Of a DNA stretch of 58,998 bases, positions 47,041 to 57,061 are shown one piece after another. Source of the stretch: an uncultured Actinomycetes bacterium (GTDB lineage Bacteria; Actinomycetota; Acidimicrobiia; IMCC26256; PALSA-555); NCBI GenBank assembly GCA_903899845.1, contig CAIUKV010000138.1, positions 1 through 58,998 of the forward strand, written 5' to 3'. A program made the translations under genes and the position numbers. A model generated the notes under the pieces. The model worked only from the letters and a program-made list of their open reading frames with translations, did not search any database and was not told where the DNA came from. The first letter of the stretch is position 1. Each line of letters begins with the position of its first letter.

Positions 47041-47196
47041 GGCAAGCCTCCGGGGGGTGGGCGGCTCGGCGGCTCGGCGGCTCGGCGGGTGCAGCAGCAG
47101 GCTACGGGACGACGCCGAGGACGCACCCACTGGCGGTCCGAGACCGGAGTCGCAGCCAGCTCCCGGGCGTCCGCCCCCAGGTTCGGCGCAGCGAGG

Positions 47197-48123
47197 TCAG
47201 GCCCAGTCGTCCCAGCCGAGCATCTCGGCGGTCCGGCGTCGGTCGTCGGCGTACGCGACGGTGAGTGCCTCGCGGACCGCCGGGTCGATCGGTGGGCGCT
47301 CGGCCGGCGCGGTGCGCACGCCGGTGCGGATGGTCCGGGTGGTGCGGACCACCGCACCGACGAGGCGTTTCGCCGGACCGAGGCGGACCGGGCGCCCGGC
47401 GCCGGACGCTCGGGCGGCCTCCGGGGCGTGGGAGGTGCGGAGCCGCTCGGGGTCGAGCACGTTGCGCTCGCCGCTGACGTCGGGCGTGAAGTCCGGGTCA
47501 ACTCCGAGGAACGCGAAGATTCGTTGCACGGTGGCCAGGCGGTCGTGGTCGAGGTCGGTGCTGCGGACCGCGAGCACGCGGTCCGCTCCCACCGCGTGGC
47601 GCCACCGGTGGAGGTGCTCGCCGTACAGGCCCGTGCGGCGGTAGGCGTAGTGCCACCCCCAGCCCCGGGCCAGGCGGTCGTCCTCGGCCGCGAGGGCGGC
47701 GGCGAAGTCGAGGCCGTCCCAGCGGCCCCGCCGCCACATCCACCACGCCGAGTAGGCCCGGGCCACGGGGTCGCGCAGCAGCGCGACCACCCGTACCTCC
47801 GGGTTGGCGTCGACGACCCGGGCGGGCACGGTCGGGTCGACCAGGTATCCCGTGCTCATCTCCCCGGTGCGCCGGTCCCCGGCGTCGGCGAACAGCGCGC
47901 GGTAGTCGTCGCGGTCGAAGACGCTCCGGCCGAGGACGACCCGGTCGACCGGACCCGTCCAGGCGGGCGGGCGGTCCTCCCCCGGTCCACAGAAGAAGTG
48001 GGGCTCCTTCCTGGGGGAGAGGTGCAGCCCCGGATGCTGGCGCAGGTAGGTGAAGAGCGACGTCGTCCCCGCCTTCTGAGCGCCGATCACCAGGAAGTCG
48101 GGGAAGGGCATCGGAGGAGTCAC
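47197..48123 (-). CDS. PAPS-dependent sulfotransferase
   Basis: 5'-PSB IGAQKAGTTSL, KEPHFF, 3'-PB LRDPVARAYS. Confidence 0.9.
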   Translation of the reverse strand: MTPPMPFPDFLVIGAQKAGTTSLFTYLRQHPGLHLSPRKEPHFFCGPGEDRPPAWTGPVDRVVLGRSVFDRDDYRALFADAGDRRTGEMSTGYLVDPTVPARVVDANPEVRVVALLRDPVARAYSAWWMWRRGRWDGLDFAAALAAEDDRLARGWGWHYAYRRTGLYGEHLHRWRHAVGADRVLAVRSTDLDHDRLATVQRIFAFLGVDPDFTPDVSGERNVLDPERLRTSHAPEAARASGAGRPVRLGPAKRLVGAVVRTTRTIRTGVRTAPAERPPIDPAVREALTVAYADDRRRTAEMLGWDDWA

Positions 48124-48187
48124 GGCGATCGTCGGGGGGAGCGGCCGGGCGAACTGTAGGGGAACGCTGGGATCGGCGCGGCAACCC

Positions 48188-49237
48188 CTACCCGGGCGGA
48201 CGCCGCAATCGGTGGCGGAGGGCGTCGGTCGTGGCCCCGAGGAGACATCGGGCGGCGGCGGCGCGGTCGCACCGGCCGCGGTCGGGCGCCCACAGGAAGT
48301 CGATCCATCGGTCGGTCACGGCGTCGCGCGCGAACTCGGTGCGTCGGGCGGCGACTCCGGCCTCGATCCGGGTCATCGCCGCGGGGTCGCCGAGGAGGCG
48401 CTCGACCTGGGCGAGGACCGCGGCCGGGGACTCCACGACCACCGCGTCCACGTCGGGCTGGGCCAGGTCGAGGTACCCGGTCTGGGGGGCGATCAGCGGC
48501 ACGCACCCGGCCGCCCAGGCGTTCACCAGCTTGGTCGGCGGCTTGCGGGGGAGGGACGGCCCGGCGTCCCATCGGAGCTGCGGCCGCGCCACGCAGAGCA
48601 CGGCGTCGACGGTGGAGAAGTCGGGCCACGCCGCCACCGCGTCGTCGATGCGGAGCTCGACCCCGAGCGCGGCCAGCCGACGCGCGAAGTCCGGGTCCCG
48701 GTACTCCGGCGGCACGTTGTCGGTGTGGGCCTTCATCGCGAGCGTGCGCACCGTGCCCCGGCGGTCGGGGTCCCGCGGCACCAGGGCCCGCTGGGGGAGC
48801 AGCGGGATCCAGACGGCCCGCGGGTCCTGACGGGCCGCGGTCGGGGTCGGCGCCACCCGGGTTCCGGCGAACGCGGGCAGACGCCCGGGGTGTGGATGGT
48901 CGCCCAGCACGACCACGAGGCGGTGGCCGGTGAGGGCCAGCCGGGCGGTGTGGGCCTGCTCCCGTCGCCGGGGATGGCCGAGCCACGACACCAGGTGGTC
49001 GGCCGACATGACCAGGAGCGCGCCCCGGGGTGGGTGGGGCCCGATGGTCACCGGCAGCCCGAGGTCGCGCAGGCGGGCGAAGAGCTCGACCACCTGGTGT
49101 CCCTCGCCGTCGGCGTAGCGCTCGGGCGCGCGGTCCGGCTCCCAGACCGCCACCGCGCCCGGCACGACCGCGGCGACGAAGTGCACCGGTCGGCGGGGGT
49201 GACCGTCGGCAGGGTCACGGCGCTCCGACGGGCCCAC
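48188..49237 (-). CDS. Putative GT-B glycosyltransferase
   Basis: KPPTKLVNAWAAGCVPL resembles the GT4/Glyco_trans_1_2 donor-binding motif; co-oriented with the sulfotransferase; start inferred. Confidence 0.6.
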   Translation of the reverse strand: MGPSERRDPADGHPRRPVHFVAAVVPGAVAVWEPDRAPERYADGEGHQVVELFARLRDLGLPVTIGPHPPRGALLVMSADHLVSWLGHPRRREQAHTARLALTGHRLVVVLGDHPHPGRLPAFAGTRVAPTPTAARQDPRAVWIPLLPQRALVPRDPDRRGTVRTLAMKAHTDNVPPEYRDPDFARRLAALGVELRIDDAVAAWPDFSTVDAVLCVARPQLRWDAGPSLPRKPPTKLVNAWAAGCVPLIAPQTGYLDLAQPDVDAVVVESPAAVLAQVERLLGDPAAMTRIEAGVAARRTEFARDAVTDRWIDFLWAPDRGRCDRAAAARCLLGATTDALRHRLRRPPG

Positions 49238-49241
49238 GCGC

Positions 49242-50405
49242 TCAGTCCTCCTCGAGGCGCAGGCGCCGTCCCCCGTCGACGAGCCGGACCACCGCACGAC
49301 CCTCCAGGACCTTGCGGAGCTCCAGGCCACAGTGCTCGGCCCGCCACCCGTCGTCGAGGCGCGACGGTCGCCCGTAGACGAGGTCCTTCACGTCGTCGCG
49401 GGTGGCGAGCAGCTTCTTGTCGATCCGCTCGGCGGTGGCCAGCTCGGTGACCCAGGCCGAGAGCAGCGCCACCGCGGCATCGAGCTCGGGGACGTCCTCG
49501 TGGCGGGGTGGGCGGCGCACCTGCTCGGGGTCGAGGGACCGACCCTCCTCCACCGCGGCGAGGAGCTCGCGCGCGACGGGAGCGGGCAGCCCCGAGACCC
49601 CGCGCAGGCGTCCGATGTCGTCGGTGCTCCGGGGTGGCCGCCGCACGACCGCGGCGAGGGCGAGCTCGGAGAGCACGAACCGCGGGGGGACGTCGAGCTG
49701 GCGGGCCCGACGGTCGCGCCACGCGGCCACCGTCTGCGCGATGCGCGCCTCCTCGCCCTTCATCGCCGAGGCCCCCTTGATCCGCCACCAGGCGGTCTCG
49801 GGGTCGACGGCCTTCGGTGGGGTCACGCGCAGGTGCTCGCACTCGGTCGTCGCCCAGGCTTCGCGGCCGAGCGACTCCAGCCGGTCACGCAGCGCAGCGG
49901 TGAGCGCGAGCAGGTGGGCCACGTCGTCGGCGGCGTATCGGCGGGCGGCCGGGCTGAGGGGACGGGCGCTCCAGTCGGTGAGCTGCTCCCCCTTGTCGAG
50001 GCGGATCCCGAGCAGCACCGACACCAAGGACGCGAGTGACGGGGTGCCCAGCCCCACGAAGCCCGCCGCGAGCTGCACGTCGAAGAGTCCCGCCGGCCGC
50101 TCGCCGATGGCGCGGTCGAGGATCGGGAGGTCGCTCGCCCCGGCGTGGGTGATCATCGTCGCGGGATTGCGCAGGACCTCGCCGAGCGCGCGCACGTCGC
50201 ACAGGAACGGGTCGACGAGGGCGACGCCGGACCGCCACGACAGCTGGACCAGGCAGAGCCTGGGCCAGTAGGAGCGCTCGGCCATGAACTCCGTGTCGAG
50301 GCCGTAGGCCGGCTCGTCGAGCAGGATCCGGACCACCTCGGCCAGGCTGCGGTCGTCGTCGACCCACCGGACCGGCAGGTCGGTGCCCGGGGTCGGGGTG
50401 CTCAT
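49242..50405 (-). CDS. rnd: Ribonuclease D (3'-5' exonuclease + HRDC)
   Basis: LDTEFMAERSYWPRLCLVQL, FDVQLAA, TDWSARPL, YAADDV, HRDC WRD.RAR.LDVP. Confidence 0.93.
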   Translation of the reverse strand: MSTPTPGTDLPVRWVDDDRSLAEVVRILLDEPAYGLDTEFMAERSYWPRLCLVQLSWRSGVALVDPFLCDVRALGEVLRNPATMITHAGASDLPILDRAIGERPAGLFDVQLAAGFVGLGTPSLASLVSVLLGIRLDKGEQLTDWSARPLSPAARRYAADDVAHLLALTAALRDRLESLGREAWATTECEHLRVTPPKAVDPETAWWRIKGASAMKGEEARIAQTVAAWRDRRARQLDVPPRFVLSELALAAVVRRPPRSTDDIGRLRGVSGLPAPVARELLAAVEEGRSLDPEQVRRPPRHEDVPELDAAVALLSAWVTELATAERIDKKLLATRDDVKDLVYGRPSRLDDGWRAEHCGLELRKVLEGRAVVRLVDGGRRLRLEED

Positions 50406-51226
50406 GCGTCGACCCCGGGGCGGTAGCGGGCCAGGTCGCGGGTGAGGCGCTCCTCGTCGGTGGTCGTCCGCCAGGCGGCGAGCAGGTCGTCGCCCACCGG
50501 GTCGCACGCCGTGCGCATCGGCGCGTCGTCGTCGAGCACGGTGTCGACGATCCGTGCCGCCGCCGCCTCGGGGGTCACCGCGAGCGACCGCGTCGCGTCG
50601 CGCCCGGCCATCATCCGCTCGGCGACGGCGCGGTACGCGGGCAGCTCGACCGCGGGCAGGTACTCGGACCCGGCGAGGCCGTCCGTCGCGACCGGCCCGG
50701 GCATCACCTCGAGCACGCGGATCCCGAACGGAGCCAGCTCCACGGCGAGCGTCTCGACCAGCGCGTGCAGCGCCGCCTTCGACGCCCGGTAGGCGCCGTA
50801 GAAGGGTGAGGCGAGGAGGACCGCCGCCGACGTCACGGTGCAGACGACCCCCCCGCCCCGGCGGCGGAGGACGGGGATGGCCTGCTGCAGCACGGCGATC
50901 TGCCCGACGAGGTTGGTCTCGACCAGGTCCCGCACCACGTCGAGCGGCACCGCCTCGACCGGGAGGTAGCCCGTCTGCAGGCCGGCGTTGTTGACCACCA
51001 CACGGAGGTCGTCGGGCAGGTCGAGGGGTGTGACCGCCTCCAGGTCGAGTGGGGCGACGGTGACGGGGAGGCCCTCGGCCGCGACCGCGTCGAGGAGCGG
51101 ACCGGCGGTGGCCGGGTCCCGCACGGTCGCGACCACCGGGTGGCCCCGGCGGGCGAGCTCGAGCGCCACCGCCCGGCCGATGCCCCGGTTGGCGCCGGTG
51201 ACGAGTGCGCTCCCGGAGGCCGGCAT
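50402..51226 (-). CDS. SDR oxidoreductase
   Basis: TGANRGIG, NNAG, YRASK. Confidence 0.9.
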   Translation of the reverse strand: MPASGSALVTGANRGIGRAVALELARRGHPVVATVRDPATAGPLLDAVAAEGLPVTVAPLDLEAVTPLDLPDDLRVVVNNAGLQTGYLPVEAVPLDVVRDLVETNLVGQIAVLQQAIPVLRRRGGGVVCTVTSAAVLLASPFYGAYRASKAALHALVETLAVELAPFGIRVLEVMPGPVATDGLAGSEYLPAVELPAYRAVAERMMAGRDATRSLAVTPEAAAARIVDTVLDDDAPMRTACDPVGDDLLAAWRTTTDEERLTRDLARYRPGVDA

Positions 51227-51351
51227 CCCCGCATCCTGGCACCGGGGGGCGCCGAGCGTGCTCATGGTCGCGCCGCCGTGCCGCCGCCCCGGGGTCCGTG
51301 CCACCATCGTGGGGCTCGGGAACCGACGTACCGGACGGGAGACGCGTGACG

Positions 51352-52203
51352 ATGGAGACGCTGGCGGGGCGGGGCGCGGTGTGCGTCGGTGGTGGCAGCG
51401 GGGTCGGGCGAGGGATCGCCCGGGGGCTCGCCGCGGCGGGGGCCCGGGTGCTCGTCGCCGACATCGAGGAGGCCAACGCCGCGCGCGTGTGCGACGAGAT
51501 CGTCGCCGCGGGCGGTGCCGGGGCCGCCGCCGGCGTCGACGCCACCGACCCCGACGCCCTGGCCGACCTCGCCCGCACGGCCGCCGGGACCCTCGGCGCG
51601 GTGCACGTGCTGGTCCACACGGTGGGGGTCATCGCCGACACCCCGCTCGCGGCGGCGACCGAGGTGGAGTGGGGTTGGTTCCTCGAGCTGCACCTGCTGT
51701 CGGCGGTCCGGACGGTCAACGCGTTCCTGCCCGAGCTGCGGCGTCATCCGGGTGACGCCCACGTCGTGGTCACCGCGTCGATGGCCGGCCTGCTCGCGCT
51801 CCCGCCTGCGTACACGGGCGGGGTCAACACCGGGCTGTACTCGGTGGCCAAGCACGCGCTCGTCGGCTACGGCGAGATGCTGCGGGGCGAGCTCGCCGAC
51901 GAGGGCATCGGGGTGTCGGTGCTGTGCCCGGGCCGGGTGTCGAGCAACCTGGCGGCCACGTCGGCCCGGAACCGTCCCGACCGCTTCGGCGGCGCGTTCG
52001 CCGGGCCGCCCGACGGGTCCGAGCCGCCCGGGGCGATGCCCAACGAGGCGGTCGGCCCGATCGTGGTCCGGGGCATCCTCGGCGACCGGGCGTTCATCCT
52101 CACCCATCCCGAGGCCCGCCCGATGGTCGAGCGTCGCCAGCAGGCGCTGCTCGCCGACTTCGCCTACTTCGCCGAGGCCTCCGGCCCCTCCGGGCCGACG
52201 TGA
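51352..52203 (+). CDS. SDR oxidoreductase
   Basis: GGGSGVG, TASMAG, YSVAK; NNAG replaced by HTVG. Confidence 0.88.
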   Translation: METLAGRGAVCVGGGSGVGRGIARGLAAAGARVLVADIEEANAARVCDEIVAAGGAGAAAGVDATDPDALADLARTAAGTLGAVHVLVHTVGVIADTPLAAATEVEWGWFLELHLLSAVRTVNAFLPELRRHPGDAHVVVTASMAGLLALPPAYTGGVNTGLYSVAKHALVGYGEMLRGELADEGIGVSVLCPGRVSSNLAATSARNRPDRFGGAFAGPPDGSEPPGAMPNEAVGPIVVRGILGDRAFILTHPEARPMVERRQQALLADFAYFAEASGPSGPT

Positions 52204-53045
52204 GCGATCCGGCGCCGTCGCCCTCGGCGGCCGGTCCCGGGCGCTTCGGCCGGGCCAGCGCCGTCCGCGCGCTCGGCGACGGGCGGTTCGCGGCCGAGAT
52301 CGCCGCGGGCTGGGACATCGCGGGCAACGCCGACGGTGGCTACCTGCTGGCGATCGCGGCCCGGGCGGTGACGAGCGTGACCGGCACGCCCGATCCGGTG
52401 ACCGTGACCGCCCACTTCCTCGCGCCGGGTCGCCCGGGTCCGGCCACCGTGACGGTCGACCTCGTGCGCCGGGGGCGCCGGCACGCCACCGCCGGGTTCC
52501 GGCTGACCTCGGGGCCCCCGGACGACCCGGTGGTCCACCTCGTGGGGGTGTGCACGACCACCGACCTCGCCGGTGCGACCGGCCCCGTCCGCGTCGACGT
52601 CGTCCCTCCCGACCTGCCCCCGGTCGACGACTGCGTCGCAGTGGAGCCGGGCGACCCGTTCCCGCCTCCGTTCATGGCCCAGGTGGACGTCCGCCTCCAC
52701 CCCGACGACCTCCCGTTCCGGGCGGGCGGCCGGTCGGGGAGCCCGCGGGTGCGGGGGTGGTTCCGCCTGCGCGACGACGAGCCGGTCGACGGGCTCGGGC
52801 TGGTGCTCGCGGTCGACGCCTTCCCGCCCACGTCCTTCAACACCGACCTCCCCGTGGCCTGGACGCCGACGGTGGAGCTCACCGCCCACGTCCGGGCCCG
52901 GCCCGCCCCGGGGTGGCTCGCGTGCGCGTTCGTCACCCGCAACATCGCCGGTGGGTACCTCGAGACCGACGGCGAGGTCTGGGACGGACGCGGCGTGCTC
53001 GTCGCGCAGTCGCGCCAGCTCCAGCTGCTGCCACCGACCGCCTGA
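52200..53045 (+). CDS. Thioesterase family protein (TesB-like double hotdog)
   Basis: GW...GNADGGY, DAFPP, WTPTVELTAH, LVAQSRQL; GTGA overlap. Confidence 0.88.
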   Translation: MSDPAPSPSAAGPGRFGRASAVRALGDGRFAAEIAAGWDIAGNADGGYLLAIAARAVTSVTGTPDPVTVTAHFLAPGRPGPATVTVDLVRRGRRHATAGFRLTSGPPDDPVVHLVGVCTTTDLAGATGPVRVDVVPPDLPPVDDCVAVEPGDPFPPPFMAQVDVRLHPDDLPFRAGGRSGSPRVRGWFRLRDDEPVDGLGLVLAVDAFPPTSFNTDLPVAWTPTVELTAHVRARPAPGWLACAFVTRNIAGGYLETDGEVWDGRGVLVAQSRQLQLLPPTA

Positions 53046-53097
53046 GGTCGCAGAGGTCGCGGACGTCGCGGCGTTCGCCGGCTCACCGGCCGCGCGA

Positions 53098-53748
53098 TCA
53101 GTCGGTCGGTGGGCCCGTCGCCGAGTCGAGGGCGCCCCAGGTGGCCACGATGTCCGCGGTCGGGATGCGGGTGGCCACCACGGGGATCGTGTGGGCCAGG
53201 ACCTGCTCGGCGTATTCACGCGGCACGCCGGCCACGGCGTCGGGGGGCACCACGACCTCGTACCCGAGCCCGACCGCCTCCATCGCCATCCCGGTGATCC
53301 CCACGTTGAGCGACACGCCGGTCGCGATCACGGTGGTCACGCCGAGGTTGCGCAGCACCGCGTCGAGCGTGGTGCCGGTGAACGGGGTCAGGCCGTGCAG
53401 GCGTGCGACCACGACGTCGCCCGGCGCCGGGTCGAGCTCGGGCACCAGCTCGACGTCGGGGGTGCCCACGAGGAGACCCCCGCCCTTCGCGCTCGCCCGC
53501 AGCATCGGGGCGTTGGTGCCCGAGCCCTGCCGGTCGGGGCGGAACTCGGCCGTGCAGTGCACGACACGCGCGCCGACCGCGCGGGCCGCGACGAGCAGAT
53601 CGTGCACCCGGGCCAGCATCCCGCTCGCGTCGACCTCGGCGCGCAGGTCGGGGATCGTGGCGCGGTCACCCACGACCCCGCGCTGGAGCTCCATGGTGCA
53701 CACGGCGGTGTGGGCGGGATCGAGGAGCGCTCGCAGGTCGCGGGGCAC
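53098..53748 (-). CDS. Isochorismatase/cysteine hydrolase fold protein with non-canonical active site
   Basis: LDPAHTAV..MELQ, PELDP, FTGTTLDAVLRNLGV, GYEVVVPPDAVAG. Confidence 0.85.
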   Translation of the reverse strand: MPRDLRALLDPAHTAVCTMELQRGVVGDRATIPDLRAEVDASGMLARVHDLLVAARAVGARVVHCTAEFRPDRQGSGTNAPMLRASAKGGGLLVGTPDVELVPELDPAPGDVVVARLHGLTPFTGTTLDAVLRNLGVTTVIATGVSLNVGITGMAMEAVGLGYEVVVPPDAVAGVPREYAEQVLAHTIPVVATRIPTADIVATWGALDSATGPPTD

Positions 53749-53935
53749 GTGGTGACGCTACGCCACGCCGGGCCCGGACCGCACCCGCGCGGTGCCGGGC
53801 GCGCACGGGTCGGCGCGCTGCGCACGGGTGCGTCGCCCGCGGTGGACGGCGGCGCGTCACGGGAGGTGCACCGTGTGTCCCGGGCGGCGGACCGGAGCCC
53901 CGGCCGTCCGACCCGAGCGCACGGAGGTCCCCGAC

Positions 53936-54628
53936 GTGGATCGGCCCCACCCCGCCAGTCCCGGAAACCCCCAGCGGCTGCAGCGACGCCACTCGCGTCG
54001 CGCGCCGCTCGTCGTCGCGCTGGCGGCCCTGCTCGGGCTCGTGGGCGCGCTCGTCGCGCTGCGGTCCGAGGCGGCGGGTCGGCCGGTCGTCGTCGCCGCC
54101 CGTGACCTGGTCCCCGGCGCCCGGCTGACCGCCGCCGACGTGCGGACGGTCGCGGTCGCGGCGCCGGGGTCGGTGCTCGCCCACCTCGTGGCCGGCGACG
54201 CCGCGTGGCGGGGCCGGGTGGTGACCGCGCCGGTGGCCGCGGGCGAGCCGGTGACCCGGACCCGCCTGCGCCCGGCCGCGACCGATGACGGGCGCCGGGT
54301 CATGAGCATCCCGGTCGACCGGGCCCGCGCCGTCGACGGACGGTTGCGCCCGGGCGACCGGGTCGACGTGGTCCAGGCGCTCGACGGCACCGCCGCAGTG
54401 GTCGCGGCGGGCCTCGAGGTCCTCGCCGTGGCCGATGACGCCGACGGCGCGCTCGGCGCGTCGCGCGGCCGTCTGACCGTGACCCTCGCGGTGGACGTGG
54501 CCGAGTCGCAGCGGCTGACCGGCGCCCTGGCCGACGGCGAGTTCGTCCTGACCCGGGTGACCGGGGCCGCTCCCGGCGTGGGGGCCGCGCCGGTCGGGGT
54601 CGGGCGCACCGGGTCGGTCGCCCGATGA
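53936..54628 (+). CDS. cpaB: Flp pilus assembly protein CpaB/RcpC-like (SAF domain)
   Basis: N-terminal TM, VVVAARDLVPG (SAF), LRPGDRVDV, LEVLAV, VTLAV; GGAGG SD; start inferred. Confidence 0.8.
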   Translation: MDRPHPASPGNPQRLQRRHSRRAPLVVALAALLGLVGALVALRSEAAGRPVVVAARDLVPGARLTAADVRTVAVAAPGSVLAHLVAGDAAWRGRVVTAPVAAGEPVTRTRLRPAATDDGRRVMSIPVDRARAVDGRLRPGDRVDVVQALDGTAAVVAAGLEVLAVADDADGALGASRGRLTVTLAVDVAESQRLTGALADGEFVLTRVTGAAPGVGAAPVGVGRTGSVAR

Positions 54629-55800
54629 CGCGCGAGCCCGAGGTCGCCCTGGTCCTGTCGGCCGACGAGTGGGTCGACGAGTTCCACCGGTACTGCGTGG
54701 ACCACGGCGGGGCGCGGGTGCGCTCCCTCGTCCTCGACCCGGCGGTGGCGCTCGACGACGACTTCGACGTGCTGATCGCCGGGGCCCGCTGGCCGGCGCT
54801 CACCCGGCCGCTCGTCGACGCCCTCCACCGCCGGGACCAACGGGTCCTGGTGGTCGGGGACGCCGGCGCAGGGCCGGGCCCGGCCCACGGTCTCGGCGTC
54901 GACGGCATCGTCGGAGCGGCCACCACGCCCGCGGAGCTCGTCGACGCGGTCCGGGCGCTCGTGCCCACCCCGGAGCGACCCGGGGGGCGCCGGGGGTCGG
55001 CCGCGCTACCGGTCGTCCCGGCGGCCGGGCCGGTCCCGCCCGCGGTGGTGGTGGTCGGCGGCCCGCGCGGCGCGGGTTCCACCGAGGTCGCCCTCGCCCT
55101 GGCGGGCTGGTTCACCGCCGGCGGCGCCCGGGCGGTCCTCGTCGACGCCGACCTCGAGGCTCCGGCCGTCGCGGTCCGCCTCGGTCTGCCGGCGGAGCCG
55201 AACCTGTGCACGGCCGTCGATGCTGCCGCCGTCGGACCCGACGCCGTCCCGGGGGCCCTGTTCGATCTCGGCGACGACTGGCCGGTCGTGCTCGTGGGCG
55301 CACCCCGACGTGAGGCGGCGGCGGTCCTCGTCGCATCGGATCTCGGCGCCGTCCTCGATGCGGTCGGGTCGCGGTACGCACCGGTGCTGGTCGACGTGTC
55401 GTCGGGCCCCGACGGGGCCGGCACACCGGCGGGTGCCGCGCTGGCCCGGGCCGGGGCGGTGGTCGCAGTGGGCGCTGCCACCCCGGTCGGTGTGGTGCGC
55501 CTCGTGGAGTGGATCGACGGGGTCCGGGCCGTGGCCCCCGGGGCGACCGTGCACGTCGTGGTGAACCGGGCCCCGGCGGGCCGGGCGCGACGGGCCGAGA
55601 TCGTCGACGCCCTCCGGCGCGGGGGTGGCGTGGCGGGGTGCACCTTCGTTCCTGCGGATCCCCGCGTGGACGACGCCGCCTGGGCGGCGGGCCTGGTGGG
55701 TCGGGGACCGTTCGCCCGGGCGACCGAGCAGATCGGCGCAGCGCTGCGAGACCGTCTGACCCCGGACGGGCCGGGGGAGTCCGGAGGGTGGCGTGCCTGA
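54625..55800 (+). CDS. CpaE/TadZ-like receiver + MinD-type ATPase
   Basis: Receiver-like N-terminus, degenerate P-loop GPRGAGST, LVDAD, VVVNR; position in tad operon. Confidence 0.75.
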   Translation: MTREPEVALVLSADEWVDEFHRYCVDHGGARVRSLVLDPAVALDDDFDVLIAGARWPALTRPLVDALHRRDQRVLVVGDAGAGPGPAHGLGVDGIVGAATTPAELVDAVRALVPTPERPGGRRGSAALPVVPAAGPVPPAVVVVGGPRGAGSTEVALALAGWFTAGGARAVLVDADLEAPAVAVRLGLPAEPNLCTAVDAAAVGPDAVPGALFDLGDDWPVVLVGAPRREAAAVLVASDLGAVLDAVGSRYAPVLVDVSSGPDGAGTPAGAALARAGAVVAVGAATPVGVVRLVEWIDGVRAVAPGATVHVVVNRAPAGRARRAEIVDALRRGGGVAGCTFVPADPRVDDAAWAAGLVGRGPFARATEQIGAALRDRLTPDGPGESGGWRA

Positions 55801-57061
55801 CGCCGCCGACGCGATCCGCCGGAGCGTGCTCGCCGAGCTCGGTGGGTCCGACGCGGCGGGGATGGCCGATCCCGACCGCCTGCGCGCCGCAGCCACCCGC
55901 GCGGTCGAGGAGTACCAGCGGTCGGCCCGCCAGGCCGGTCGACCGCTCCTCCACGATCCCGACGCAACGCGTGACCGGGTGGTCCGGGCCCTCACCGACC
56001 TCGGTGCGTTGTCCGAGCTGCTCGACCGGGACGACGTCGAGGAGATCTTCGTCGAGGGCGCCCGGGTCTCGTACCTCGACCGGACCGGTCGGCTCCGCGG
56101 TCTGGTCACCCCCACGACCGAGGCCGAGAACCGGCGGCTGGTCGAGCAGCTGCTCGCCACCAGCGACCGTCAGCTGCACACGGCGTCGCCCCTGGTCCAG
56201 GCCCGGGTCCTCGGGGGCTCGGCCCGCCTGACCGCGGCGATCCCCCCGGTCGCCGACGCGCTGTCGGCGACCCTGCGCCGGTACGTGGTGCGGGGCGTCA
56301 CGCTGCGGGAGCTCGCCGACCGGGGCTCGCTCGACGCGCGCGCCGCAACGTTCCTCGAAGCGGTCATGGGCTTCCGCAGTCGCGTCGCGGTCTCGGGGGA
56401 GCCGGGGGCGGGCAAGACGACGCTGCTCGCCGCGCTGCTCGCCGCGGTGCCACCGGAGCACTGTGTGCGGGCCTGCGAGGAGATCCGTGAGCTGGCCGTC
56501 CCGTTCACGCACGGTGCCTACTACGAGACCCGTCCGCCCGCCCTCGACGGGGGCGGTGAGATCTCGCTCCGCCACCTCGTGAAGTTCGTGCTCGCGATGC
56601 GTCCGGACCGGATCGTGGTCGGCGAGGTGCGGGGCGCCGAGGCGTTCGAGCTCACCCGCGCCGTCAACGCCGGGTGTGGATTCCTCTGCACCGTGCACGC
56701 CAACAGCGCGCCCGAGGCGCTCCACGCGCTGGTCAATGCCGCGCTCATGGCCGGCGAGAACGTCACCGAGCGCGTGGTCCAACGGGTCTTCTCATCGGCC
56801 CTCGACCTCGTCGTCCACGTCGAGCGCACCGGCGTCGACGCCGATCGTGGTGGCATCCGACGGGTCGTCACCGAGATCACCGCGGTGGTGCCTGCGCTCA
56901 CCGACGGGTTCACGTGCGAGCCGGTGTTCGTCCGCGACCACGGCGACGGGCCGCTGCGTTGGACCGGTGTGGTCCCGGAGCGGCTCGAGCAGCGCGCCGA
57001 CCGGGCCCTGGGTCGGCCGGGTGGCCTGCGGGCGCTGGTGGAGTCGGGGGAGGACCGATGA
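55793..57061 (+). CDS. cpaF: Tad secretion ATPase CpaF/TadA
   Basis: GEPGAGKTT, EEIREL, MRPDRIVVGEVRGAE, TVHANS. Confidence 0.93.
   Translation: MPDAADAIRRSVLAELGGSDAAGMADPDRLRAAATRAVEEYQRSARQAGRPLLHDPDATRDRVVRALTDLGALSELLDRDDVEEIFVEGARVSYLDRTGRLRGLVTPTTEAENRRLVEQLLATSDRQLHTASPLVQARVLGGSARLTAAIPPVADALSATLRRYVVRGVTLRELADRGSLDARAATFLEAVMGFRSRVAVSGEPGAGKTTLLAALLAAVPPEHCVRACEEIRELAVPFTHGAYYETRPPALDGGGEISLRHLVKFVLAMRPDRIVVGEVRGAEAFELTRAVNAGCGFLCTVHANSAPEALHALVNAALMAGENVTERVVQRVFSSALDLVVHVERTGVDADRGGIRRVVTEITAVVPALTDGFTCEPVFVRDHGDGPLRWTGVVPERLEQRADRALGRPGGLRALVESGEDR

Noticed and set aside
40600-49240. Intact prophage/ICE at tRNA-Cys
   Set aside because: No integrase, structural or conjugation genes, and no duplicated tRNA 3' end found by eye
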